A stretch of 64,000 nucleotides of DNA, taken from the NCBI GenBank assembly GCA_003693705.1, contig RBZT01000635.1, positions 416 through 64,415 of the forward strand, written 5' to 3'. The position numbers were made by a program, and so were the translations under genes. The notes below the pieces were generated by a model that saw only the letters and a list, made by a program, of their open reading frames with translations, was not told where the DNA came from and made no database searches. Each line of letters starts with the position of its first letter. Within the stretch, counting starts at the first letter, position 1. Source of the DNA: Polymyxa betae A26-41 (taxonomy: Eukaryota > Protista > Endomyxa: Phytomyxea). Shown here piece by piece: positions 49,588 through 62,135 of the stretch.

Positions 49588-50505
49588 AGATTTGACATCT
49601 CATAGCCTTGACATCTCACAACCATTCACCTACAATGGACAAACAGTTTAAATATCTTGATCGTATCGCGCTTCAGGTTTCGAAAGCGTGCATTTCCCTA
49701 TTATATAAACAGTTATCTACAGATATTTCTGGATAGCCTTCAACAAACTCGTCTCTGACCAGTGCAAAGTAATGTCAGACCTTAGAATCATCATGGAAAC
49801 CGTCAAACGTTTAGTTGATAACTCTGTAGCTAACCTCGATAGAGCGGCCCCAACTCTGGGGTCTTGATGGTATTGAAGTTTCGTAAACGAGGGAATCCCA
49901 AATTCGATTATCGCACATCTTAGCAATTTGCAACTCTGTGCTGAAATCCGGAAATCTCAAATCGCCCGCCGATTTTGCCAGAATAGAATTGGTAAGAATA
50001 AGCGGTGCTCTCAGCATAGTCCAAAATAATCATACGAAACATCATACAAAACTAAGAAGAATAAGTGATTCTTTCTCTAATTAAATCTTCTGTTGACTTT
50101 TACAAGTTGTCGGGCATCGTTTCATCGGGAGCTAAAAGAAGTCACAAATTCCCTGAATCAAATCATGAGGATGATACAAGGTCCAAATGAACACACTTTG
50201 TCGTATTTACCTAAGCCCAGCCGCTTTTATTATACGTAATTGCATACAGTAATCTTGTCTTGAAAAGGAATTGAATTGTACGTTCATCATCAATAAAGCT
50301 TGGACACAGAGAAAAAAATTATTTGCAGCAGCTGAGCGATTCGAAATGAGCTGAAAGAAAAAACATTACTTTCCGGTCATTCATGCATCCATAGAGATGG
50401 AAATGTCCACAGTCCAAACTCATGACAAAAGGCCGCGCGCAATGTGATGCATTCCGAAGGGTTCGCAACAAGCAGTCAAACCTCAATTCCATTATCATTG
50501 TCACC

Positions 50506-53223
50506 ATGGTTGTCGACATGTTCGCTGAACCGGCCTATGCTGCCCATCGTATGAAATTATTCGATATGATTTATGAACGCCAGCAAGCTCAAGCTCGCGA
50601 ACAAAATGGTATTCTTACTTGCCTTTTGCTATGTCTTTTGTTTGGCATTTTGTCGCCCAAGTGTTTTCCATCAAGCAAACTCAGGCTGTTCTCAGTTCCT
50701 ATCACCATTACTCTTCCGGATGGAAAGACGATGGATGGCGTCGCTGGAGTCACCACTCCTCTTGATATTGCCGAGAAGATTGCAACTTCTTTAGCCAAAG
50801 TAAGGTAAATGCTTCTGAATGCTGACTTGCACTTATTGCGATAAAACAGTCGGTTATCGTGGCTAAAGCCAACGATTTGCTCTGGGATCTCACCCGTCCA
50901 CTTGAATCCAACTGCAAGCTTGAATTTTTCAAATTTGATAGTGCTGAGGGTAATCATGTGTGATGTCCTCATGTAGTTTAATCAGGCTTTAACCTTTTCT
51001 CAGGAAAAAAAGTGTTCTGGCATTCAAGCGCACACATTCTTGGTGAAGCGCTGGAATTCCGTTTCAAAGATGGACGTCTCTGTATCGGGCCGCCCATTGA
51101 ATCTGGTGGCTTCTATTACGATATTGCCCTTCCAGACGATCAATCTGTCGTCCCGAACGATTTCAAGTAAGGACTTATGTTTGTCTTTTGTATCAATGCC
51201 GACCATTGATTAGAGATCTGGAAACTTTCATTTCCAATAAGGTTGTAAAAGAGAAACAGCCATTCCAGCGTATCGTTCTGACCAAAGAAGAAGCTTTGGA
51301 AATGTTTAAATTTAATCCATTTAAAGTCGAAATCATCAGCGATAAGGTTCCGGATGGCGAAACGTACGTTGCCTGCAATTCTATGTCGCTTATCTTTATC
51401 AAGTTGTGTGTTTGCAGGTGCACTGCCTATCGCTGTGGTCCTCTAATCGATCTTTGCAAGGGCCCACACATTCCTCATACTGGCCTTGTGAAGGCGTTCC
51501 GTGTTCATAAGAATTCATCGGCTTACTGGAAAGGGCAACAGGATAAGGCTTCGGTGAGTTAATTACTCATAACTATTTCATTTTCGTTAGCAAAATTTTT
51601 TCTTTCTATGATTGTTGCTGTCATGGTGCTCATTTCTGCTTTAGCTGCAACGTGTGTACGGTATCTCGTTCCAAAGTGCAAAAGAGCTCAAAGAATGGGA
51701 GCATTTGCAGAAGCTTGCTGCTGATCGTGATCACCGTAAGATTGGCCGTGAACAGCGTCTATTTTTCTTCAATGAACTCTCTCCTGGTTCATGCTTCTTC
51801 CTTCCTCACGGTACTAGAATCTATAACAGGCTGATGGATTTCATCCGTCAACAATATTGGAAGAGAGGATACTCTGAGGTTAATATCCAGTTCAGATTCA
51901 CTTTTCAAAGTGTGATATTTCGCTTAGGTTATCACTCCCAATGTCTTTAATGTTGATCTATGGAAGACTTCGGGGCACTATGCTCACTATCACGAGCATA
52001 TGTTCAATTTTCAGGCCGACAACAAAGAATACGCCTTGAAGCCGATGAACTGTCCCGGGCATTGTTTGATGTTCGCTCACGAGCCACGATCGTATAAGGA
52101 TCTTCCTATTCGTTTTGCTGATTTTGGTGTCCTGCATCGTAACGAGTTCGCCGGAGCTTTATCGGGTAGCCACGATAAATAATGTAACAATCGTTTGTCT
52201 GAGTCTCGCAGGATTGACTCGTGTTCGCCGATTTCAACAAGATGATGCCCATATCTTCTGCCGCTTTGACCAAATCCAGCAGGAGGTTTGGTTGTAGCGA
52301 TTCGTCGATGCACATCATACTGATGATATGTTAGGTTTCCGGTGTCTTGGATATGTTAAAGGAGTGCTATGGCATTTTCGGATTTGAATTCCGATTGGCT
52401 TTGTCTACCCGTCCTGAGAAGGCAATGGGAGAACAGAGCGTCTGGGATGAAGCTGAAAATGCTTTGAGGAACTCTTTGGTTCAGTTTGCTGGAGATGTAA
52501 CATCCTCTCAATTCACATCAATTATGCAGACTCTGACTTATGGATTAGAACTGGCAATACAATCATGGCGATGGAGCTTTCTATGGACCCAAGATTGATA
52601 TTGAAGTCACTGATGCATTAAAGCGACACCATCAATGTGCTACCATCCAGCTTGATTTTCAAATGCCTTTGAAGTTCAACTTGGAGTACGATACGGATGC
52701 CAATGAGAAGCCTCGTCCTGTCATTATTCATCGGGCTATTCTCGGTTCTGTCGAGCGTTTCATGGCTATTATGACTGAACACACCGGAGGATTTTGGCCA
52801 TTTTGGTTATCTCCTCGCCAGTGTATCGTGATTCCGTTGGCTGAGGTGCTTCTTCTTGTGTTATAGTTGATGGTTCTGATTTATCTTTAGAAATTCGGTG
52901 AGTATGCCAGCGAAATCTGTAATCAAATCCATGATGCTGGTTTCTATTGTGATGTGGATCGTTCTCGTCTGCAATTTAAAAAGAAGATCGCATTGGCTGC
53001 CTCCTCGTCGGCTAATGAGAACGCAGAAAAGGGTGCTATGGTCACTCGTTACAATTTCATCCTGGTGGTCGGAGCTGATGAAGTTGAACATGGCACTGCT
53101 GATGTTCGTACACCCAGTAGTCCAAAGTCTAAAAAGATGGCCATCGCTGACATCATCTCTATGTTCAAACTTCTTAACGAATCGCATGCTGGGCCAGAAG
53201 CAGAATTGCAACACTTGCTGTGA
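50506..53223 (+). CDS. TARS: Threonyl-tRNA synthetase (eukaryotic cytosolic type), ~9 introns
   Basis: TGS domain [80 protein letters not shown]. Confidence 0.97.
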
Positions 53224-53349
53224 TTTGCCATTGTCTAAGTCGATTGAATTTAAACAGCCCAATTTCTCCGAAAATCTGTTAGTTTTCCATACGTAGGTAG
53301 GAAATAACTCATTTAGTCACATACGGTCACAAGCCCATGTCGTGAACCT

Positions 53350-56300
53350 ATGGAGGATTCCTGCAAAGTTGCTCAACGCGTTTCGATTGGCTTAATCCAG
53401 GAGGATATTCAGATTCCTTCACTAAAACCCAAATCAACTAAGATCACTCCTCAGTATCCGAAAGGTTTGGGAATATCTCCCATATCGTTGTTTCCTTTTA
53501 TGTATTGGTTTCAAGTTCAAGCTTAGATGCTTCCCGAGTAGTTATTCTTATTTAGAGTCCTGCTTCTTGTCTGGCGGCAATGGCTCCATTGATGCACTAC
53601 CCAGCGCTGTTCGTTTTGCTGGATATCGCATTAATGAGCGTAACGTCCAGACTATTCAAATTCGGAACCGCTCCCTGCATCAGCAGCGAGTTCACGTCCT
53701 TCTTCCGAATACTATTGAATTTGATATTCAAACAGAAAATAAGGTATGCAAGATTGTTAGAATCGCTCTGTGGTTCTGATCCTTAAAAGGGCTGGATAGC
53801 ACCTGGCCTATCGCTCACAGTCCGGATTATCTTCAGGCCGACTGAATGGAGGCACCATCATGACGAAATTATCGTTCGCCACAGCGACGGCGCCTTTATC
53901 GTCCCATTGGACGCTTTTCCGATCCTAGCCGATGCCGTCTTCCCAAATCGCATTGATATGGGCTTGTGTTCTGTTGGTCTCATCTCACAGAGGAATGTGA
54001 CATTGCGTTCTACGATACCCTTCCAGTTCGAATTCACACTCACTCCAGTCAAGACGTCGACCGAATTCTCTGTCACCCCACTAGCTGTATAAAGCGTCTC
54101 ATTTAGATTGGGTTTTGATGTTCTTGATACTTAATTTCGTAGGGGATCGTCCCGGGTAATGGCCAGATCGACATTACCATACAGTACCATCCGCTGCATT
54201 GCCATACGAGCGAGTTTCTGTTTCAGGTCCAGATCTCAGAGCTGTTCTTCGAGCCGTTTATATGCTATGTATCAGGATCGGCATCATTTCCCAGTGAGGG
54301 TCAGAAATCGATTGGTGAAAAACCATCTCCATCACGAAAGCTGTTCGTCATTGCTCCAAAGAGCATTGGTCCCAGAACGCTGAAAAGTGCTCGTCAGTTT
54401 GCAGCATGTTGTTACCTCGTATTTTTGACAGTTTTTAGGCGAAGAACGTTTGCTACCCGAGACAATCAATGGCATCATCATACCTGAAAGAATTTTAGGA
54501 AGACCCAGTGCTGTCAATTTCGTTTTATCTCAAGTACGCCGAGACGTCCAAGGACAAAATCAGAATTCAGAAAACCGAAATCGCCTTGGGAATCAAAATG
54601 CTATTGTCTCTGGTGAGAAAATGGAAGATATGAAGTACTATTCTGATGGTTTGCAGAAGAAGACGGAAACAGTGACATCGTTTTAGATAATATTGATTTC
54701 TCTGGGCGTACTGCAGCAGAAAAGATTGCTTTTTTTGAATTTGAATATCAGAAAGCGGTTGATTTTCGGAAATTGATAGCCAACAAGAGATCCTGGAAAA
54801 GGATCGGTAAAGGGAATGTTGGTATTCAGATGCTTTCTTATACAGCTTTATCAGGTCAGAGGCTGCTTTCAGATGACCAGAAGCGGGTGATAGCGGAAAG
54901 ATCCATGTTGTTAAAACAGGAATTTGAGCGCCAACAAATTCGGTCAACCAGTATGGCAGTTAGTTCCGTTGTTCTCAGATTGCGTTTAACTTCGTTTTGC
55001 TTTAGATGTTAATGATGCTGTTTGTGTACCAACCGGATTTCAAGTAAATGTGCAACCGTCATGGGACCTGTCGAAGTCGCAGCGAAGCATTCACATAAAT
55101 CGAACTGTCGGGCAATTGTTGCTGGCTTTGAACAAAGCTCTTATTCGACACCGAGTCAGCGAACGAATCGAGAAAGTAGAGAAACCAATTCTGCTACATC
55201 CTCGTGTTCTTAAAATCATATTCAGATGAAAGTTTCTCTTCGAGAGTTGCAAGGCGCAGAATCAGTCCTTGAAGACGATCATGCCCAAGAAGATGTTCAC
55301 CCCATATTCCTTAAAGATGGCATTGCAGCGGACTCTATTACATCCTCAGAAGCAAGTGATGTCTCTGTGAAAGCAGATGACAACCATAGATTCAGTGATT
55401 TAGACGAACAGCCATACTTTCCCACAGTCGACATTGGCAAACTAGAAAAACCGCTCCCTGATGTCCCATTATTCCAAATATCCGACGTAATCTCAAGCCA
55501 TGAAATCTTGCGGTTTCCTATAACTCTACTCTAGGTTCAGGAATGCGACCTGAAAGGATATAGGACATTCTCAATGGATCCTTTCCCTGGTAATGTTTCA
55601 CTTTCAGTTCCGGGCTTTACCTCGCCTCGCGTTGGAGCACAATCTGAAGACCCGATACTGGAAACACGACCACCGTCAATAATCTCTAGGGTTGTTAACC
55701 GTCCTGAAGACCAACGTTTAGAGCCGGATCGCCCTGAGTATATTGTATCCCGCCGTTTTTGTGCACCACTTCAGTTAGATACTGTAATCCACATTGCTGT
55801 CTCTCGTTTCAACAAGCACATTATTTTGTTTTAGGTTACTGAAGCTGATCCGACATTTAACTTGAACCAGCCCATGGTTGTTGCATTACGCGCTCCTAAA
55901 AATTGTGATGGCGCTTGCAAAGAGCAATCCTCCCGACATTTAACCGAATTGGTAAGGGTTACTGACTGAAACTGAGGTGGGTGAATTCAATCCCGTCAGG
56001 GGCAAGAAAGCTTAGAAGCCCTTTCTGAGTTACCAACATTTGGCAAATATTGGCAAACGTCGCGCCACTGTTCTGATATCACTATTGATCTTACGTTTGA
56101 ATTGTCAAAACCTGTAAACAATGCTGATTTCCAGAATTCTGCTGCCGAAAAAAAACCAGCTTCTGTATACAATCCATGCGATCATTGCTACAATGTCTAA
56201 CTGACTTGTGACCTCTAGGTTTCCGTTCCATCTTTGGATGAAGCTAAGAGCCTCTTCAACATCCATCTACAAGTATCGCCAGCTACGGGTTTTGAAACGG

Positions 56301-56434
56301 CGAGATCTCGGTCGTTTAGCAACATGAACGACAAGCGCAAACAAAGTCTAGATGCATTTCATTCTCGAATTCAGCATCGCCTCGACATGCCTGATCTTCA
56401 TATTAACTTCTGTTCTCGTCCATTTATAGAATAA
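53350..56434 (+). CDS. CFAP221: Cilia/flagella-associated protein 221 (PCDP1, central pair)
   Basis: VRFAGY..IAPGLSLTV..F.PTEWR..D; FPNRIDMG..IPFQFEF..GIVPGNG ASH-type domains; IIIPERI...AVNFVLSQ. Confidence 0.8.
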
Positions 56435-56518
56435 TCAAGCCGTAGTGAATCTTGATTGTAATGGATTTATTCATCTTGGGCGATTAAATTAAGGACAACG
56501 AATTGTAAGGAAGTAGCG

Positions 56519-59500
56519 CTACCAAGCAATTTTCGCAATAGGCGATCTTGGATAATTTCTCACAAAATATTTCCGAATTTCATCGACAAGGACAATGGCA
56601 GCTAAGAAGCCGAATGGAATAAACCAAAAGCTGACAGGGATGGGCGTTGTGTTGAATATCACCTGAATCCAATATCCATAAAAGATAATGATACATATAG
56701 CAATATTGCAAGCAACCGAAAATAAGATAACTAGATTCTGACGTGGACCCCATAACGGATTTGAGTTGAATAATGAAACAGTTCTATTTCGGACGGCGAG
56801 CAGGACCCCAATTTGACAAATGGCCATCGTCAAATAGTAAATGCACTGTCCCTTGATGACGGCGTTCGTTAAATGATCCAAGGGCATCCCTCGCCAGTAT
56901 GGGCCCCAACGATTGAAAGCAAAGATCAGATCATAGAAGCCCAAGCCCTGGGTGCTCATATACAAGAACCACATTCCCATAGAGCTAATCCAGACCAGAG
57001 GTCCAATGATCATATACAACTGTACGAAAAATCTCCAGTCTGTCAGTCGATCAGTTCGTGCATTCCTGGGCGGACGAGCCATTAAGTTTCCCTCCGATTT
57101 CTCATACATAAGGGCAAGTGCCATGATCAGATCATTTGTCATGCAGAACAACAATTGCTGAAAAGCAGACAATGGAGGTTGCATGCCAAAAAATGCAGTC
57201 GACGCTACAGCCACAAATTCAGTGTACGTACCTGTCATACATACGAATCAATACAGTCGCACGAGAATTAAGAGATATCTCATACCAGCAGTCATCACAT
57301 ACAGTAACACTTTCTTCAGATTTTCAAATACCAGCCGTCCGTTCTCGATACCAACCAATAATGACGAAAATGTGTTATTAAGCATGATCATGGTGGCCGC
57401 CTCTTTGGCAATGTCGGTCCCACTGCCCATACTGATGCCAACATCAGCAGCTTTCAAGGCCGGAGCGTCATTGGTACCATCCCCTGTTACCGCTACGAAA
57501 TTGTCTCCGCGTTTCCTCAGATTATCCACGATTATGAGCTTATGCTCAGGGGTCGTACGAGAAAATACGATCTCGTTAAACTTAGTGACAATGTAATCCC
57601 AATCGTCTTGAAAGAGATGCACGATTTGAGATCCATTGATTACGATAGCATGAGGTGGTGAATCTTGTTGAGGACGGAGCTCGTATGCAGTAAGATTGTG
57701 TGGCAGCGGGTCCCTTTCTCTTAAATTCTCCAGATCAGCAACGCGATGGATTTGATTGTCTGGGACAGTTATAATTCCAACGCTCCTTGCAATAGCGCAG
57801 GCCGTTAGCTCAAAGTCTCCCGTGACCTGTCCCAACCCAGAGTTTATAGAAGTCAATAGAAAACATTCCAATCAAACCAATACCGCAAATAAGACCAACG
57901 TTAGGTCACTAAAAGAAATCCACATTACCATGAAAACACGAATTCCAGCTTGGCGCAGTCTTTGCACAGCTTCAGGAACTTCCTGCCTTGGCGGGTCCTT
58001 CAAGACGAAGAGCCCGATCATGTCCAGGCCCTGTTGAATTTCGTTCATAACAAAAGTTTCCAAGGCGTCAACTTGACCGATAGGAATCGAATCGTAATCC
58101 AGCAATTTCTCACAAAGAGCGATTACACGATGGCCTTGCCTGCTCGCTGCATTTTTGATATTTTCTATAGCCTGCCTCCTTTCTGTGTCCAATTCAGAAA
58201 TGCTGCCATCAGATTGCATCACATTTCTCGAAGATCGGAGCAGAATATCAGGAGCGCCTTTAACTAATAATATCGCTGAGCCGCTCTCCATTTCCATGAT
58301 TTTCGCCATGAATTTGTTCTGCGCATTGAATGCAAAAGAAAACAAAATTTCGTGATTGGGGATATCAGGGAATAGAGGCGTCATTCTTGCAACGAACTGG
58401 AGAATGGCCGTATCAGTAGGGTCACCAACGACTGGACGATCTTGAACAGGTAGTTGTTCTGTATTGGCCTCGAATATGGCATCGTTACACACCCTGGCAA
58501 TGCATAGTAGAAGAGGTAGAGCCGCCATGTCCAGACTGGTCGGAATTCTTCCTTGGCAGATTGGGACGTTGGCATCAATGAACCAAATCGAGCAAACAGC
58601 CATTTTTCCAACAGTTAAAGTCCCGGTTTTGTCAGAACACAGCACCGAAATACAGCCGAGCGTTTCGACCATGTTCAGATTCTTCACCAAGGCATTTTGT
58701 TTAGCCATCCGCCGGGCAATAATAGTCAGAGCCAATGCGAAGCAGATCGGCAAACCCTGCGGAACGAACGCTGAATGCATGCTATTAGCGGAAAGGGCTC
58801 GAGGAGATTCTTTGTTGTTACCGATTAGACATCCAATGGCTTTTATGATAGCACCGGGGGCTGTTTCATAACCTGGATAAATATTCTCGATCCAACCGCC
58901 CCAGACAGCTAACGCCAGACAGAAGAAAAATAGAGCGACCGCAGATATGACAATAGTGAAGAAGGCGATATCTTTCTGGATCGGTGACAACACAGTCTTG
59001 TTAGCACCCGCGATCGACATTTTGAGAATAATTCCAATAACAGTATTATTCCCGATCTTGATCACAATTCCAAGGGCGCTCCCTCGAGAGAGAAAGGTCG
59101 ACGCCAGTCCCATATTCCTCGATTCGAGCGGGTTGAGGCTTGTTGCTTCCACTGAGGCCGGTACGGGTTGGCTCTCACCGGTTAGAATCGACCGATCGAA
59201 ACGAGCATCGGATGAGACTTCAACCAATCGAAGATCTGCAGGAACGCGCTGGCCCTGTTTCAAACAAACGATATCTCCCTCGACCAAAGTCTCAGCATCG
59301 ATTGTTGAAACTTCGCCATCGCGTATTACCATAGCTGTATTCGCCTCCAAACTTTGTATTGATGCCATCGTACGCGATGTTTTGTAGTCAACGAGCGCAT
59401 AGAAAAACGCTGAGGTGACAATGACAATGATCAGCATGATTCCAACACCCAGTTGGAATGCGGATGCCTTATCGCCAGATAACGGCTTCCATGAGATAAA

Positions 59501-59827
59501 CACCATGATAGTGGCAATCCACATAAGGAAATTGAAGCCACCAAATACATACACTATGAGCTTCTTGAAATACTTTCTTCTTGGCGGGGTTAAAGCGTTG
59601 GCGCCTTTTTCAAAATGACGTTCGGTAGCAACTTCGGACGAGAGTCCTCGCGTTTTATGAGTGCTGAGACGACGGCATAATCCATCAATGGGCTCACTGA
59701 GCTCGGGAAGAATTTCGTAACTCGGCACAAACGGTTTGCCTTGAATGGAAAGGCTGGTTTTGGCACTCAAGGTCCGGTATAGCACAGGAATGCTGGGATG
59801 TGATTCAAAAGTGGCAAATGCAGCCAT
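56519..59827 (-). CDS. P-type II (Na+/K+-ATPase-like) cation ATPase, copy 1
   Basis: LTGES, VPQGLP, CSDKTGTLT, KGAPD, DPPR, TGD, TGDGTNDAPALK, ends IAKIAW; introns 58771-58821, ~57827-57928, ~57232-57280. Confidence 0.95.
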
Positions 59828-60153
59828 TGTTGATCTGCAAACAGCCTTAGACCAACAGAAATGGCGGTTTTGTGAAAGCACAGACGCCCAAATATAAACG
59901 CTTGAATCAATTCGAGTTGATGGCAGATAGAAGCGTTCAGATAGCACCAGATGATTCATCTAATTACTTTGGATTGACTATTCGCTGGAGTGATATGTTC
60001 TAAGCAATGCGAGAGATGGGCTTTGGAGCGACGCTTGTGCTTCATGTTCAGATTAGCTCCCGAAATCGCTTAACTAGTGATCCTGGCTATGGTGTTTTCC
60101 TTCCTATGAAAGAAATGAGAAGAGAGAGCTGATGCCTTTGTAAAGTGTTAAAC

Positions 60154-60185
60154 TGGAGCAGCCTGTCGCCGAAGAGGCTGCTCCA
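60154..60185. repeat. Perfect 11-bp inverted repeat, 10-nt loop
   Basis: TGGAGCAGCCT-gtcgccgaag-AGGCTGCTCCA. Confidence 0.85.
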
Positions 60186-61764
60186 TGAAACGATTTTAGA
60201 AACAACATTTTTGGCTCGTGAAAGTTGACAGTCTCATTTCAGCAACCGATCGAAAACATTAAGCTGTCCACTCAGCTCAGCCGAAGTCGTTTAGATCATT
60301 TCGGCAGTGCTCAAAGTGAGAATTCGGCCGCGCTTCAACTACGAGACCTGTTCTAGGATATAGCCAGAAATTTGACTTTCCCCGAGCTTCGAGCCTTCAA
60401 CGATATCTGACTACCTCGCATCATGATACAAAGCATTATGACCTTTAGTGTTTTATCATGGCCATGCTCTCATTGTATATAACTTGTCATTAGTTTGGCT
60501 ATTCCAGATTGTTCACTTACAGGTCTCAAGCTTGGATTAATTAGCGGAACTTCTGACTGTAGTTTGAAATCGTACGACTCCTTTCGGCTCATATCATCAG
60601 TATTAGAAGGCATCAGTCATCTGCCCAATCTGTGGGAATTTGAAGGCGTCATTCCAGCTCTGGGACCAGTCTGGTTTGCATCTGTACTATGGGAACAGTA
60701 TCCGAAGCCGTAGGTTTTGCAAAAAACGGCTCTTGTTTTTAAACCATAATGTGAACAATTTTGCTGCAGGAACTTGAGGCGCTCTACTGTACGCTGAGCT
60801 TTGACAGTGTGGTGGCGATCAAATGGAATCCATCGGGAACCGAAGTTGCTGCCGATCAAGACCCTACAAACTGTTTTCCAGCTACTGACAGTTCCCTTGA
60901 ACGGACTCCAATCTGCTGCAGTTACTGCCGGATCTTAGAAACTGTCAACGTCCTGTGTCCTCCTAATACCAATTCCTGGATATGGCTTTCAACACCTTTC
61001 AATGCTGGTCTGAAATGAACATCGTACCCCAACTACGAAACGCTACCATCAGCGCTATCGGCTGCTGAACAGGCCATGGCCATTAATGACCGTTTGGTTC
61101 AGCATCTTCGTTTTGGGGATGTATCTGCTTTTTGACAATGTATTGTGCACTTTTTACTGTTTCTTTGTACAGCCTAGATGTTCTACCTGTTTGTTCGTCC
61201 AAGATTTGACGCCGTTTGCAAAGTGGGATATTTGACGAAAAGATTAAGAACGAATACCTAGGTGTATATAAGAAGCAAAAGCTAGAAAACCCAGAGAGAA
61301 GGTGAATAATGCAAACTAAATTCTCACTAACAAAGATATACTACAACTTTAAGAGCGATTTAATGAAATAACAAGCTTTCAAGCTTCCAAAGCAAAGACT
61401 CTAAATCAGTGACCAGACAATGGTGACTCTGTTTCTGACATTGAATTCGTTAATGATGCTGTAAATTCTGTCAAATTTATCTAGCAGTATTTGATTCGTT
61501 TGCTGCGTTCACACCTGTAGCCAATCCATGATTGTTGTATCACACTTCCGATCCTGATGGCAATTGCAACGAAAAATCTTCCCAGCATTGATCCGAATTG
61601 GTTTTGAGTTGCTGACTGACTTTAAGACATGATGGAGCTGGGCATAGAACATTAGAAGCTCTTGCTGAAGCGCTCTCCTTCAACAGAGACTGGAGTATGT
61701 CGCGAGACTGGTCTGATATCATTACTGATCCCAGCTTGGGACTTTCAAGGATCGATAAGCGCAG

Positions 61765-61814
61765 TGATTTCCAGAGTTTTGATAGCAAATTGATTTCCAG
61801 AGTTTTGATAGCAA
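61765..61814. repeat. 24-bp direct repeat x2
   Basis: tgatttccagagttttgatagcaa at 61765 and 61791. Confidence 0.9.
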
Positions 61815-62135
61815 CGGAAAGCCACAGCTTGTGTGTTTTGTATTCAGTCATCCTGTGCTGAAGCAATGTCTTCTTACCTTGCAGATCTCCTTCTCATCAT
61901 TACGCCAAGCACAGTGCCAAAGCTTCTTGAAGGCAAATCTACAGCTACCGTCGTCTACAGCTTTTGAGACGGCGTGTGTTGAGTCGCAAATCAAATCTGA
62001 ATCCGTTCAGTCCTGAATCCTGAATGCTCCGAAATCCCTGATCCTCGAATGAAACAGTAGTCAGAAAGCATGCCATAGTTGTAAAAGATTTATTTATGTC
62101 TTGGAAGTCGCCAAATGCGTTATAAAGGAGCAGCG

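Noticed and set aside
49717-50400. Possible small minus-strand gene
   Set aside because: I could not build a consistent exon chain or recognise a motif.
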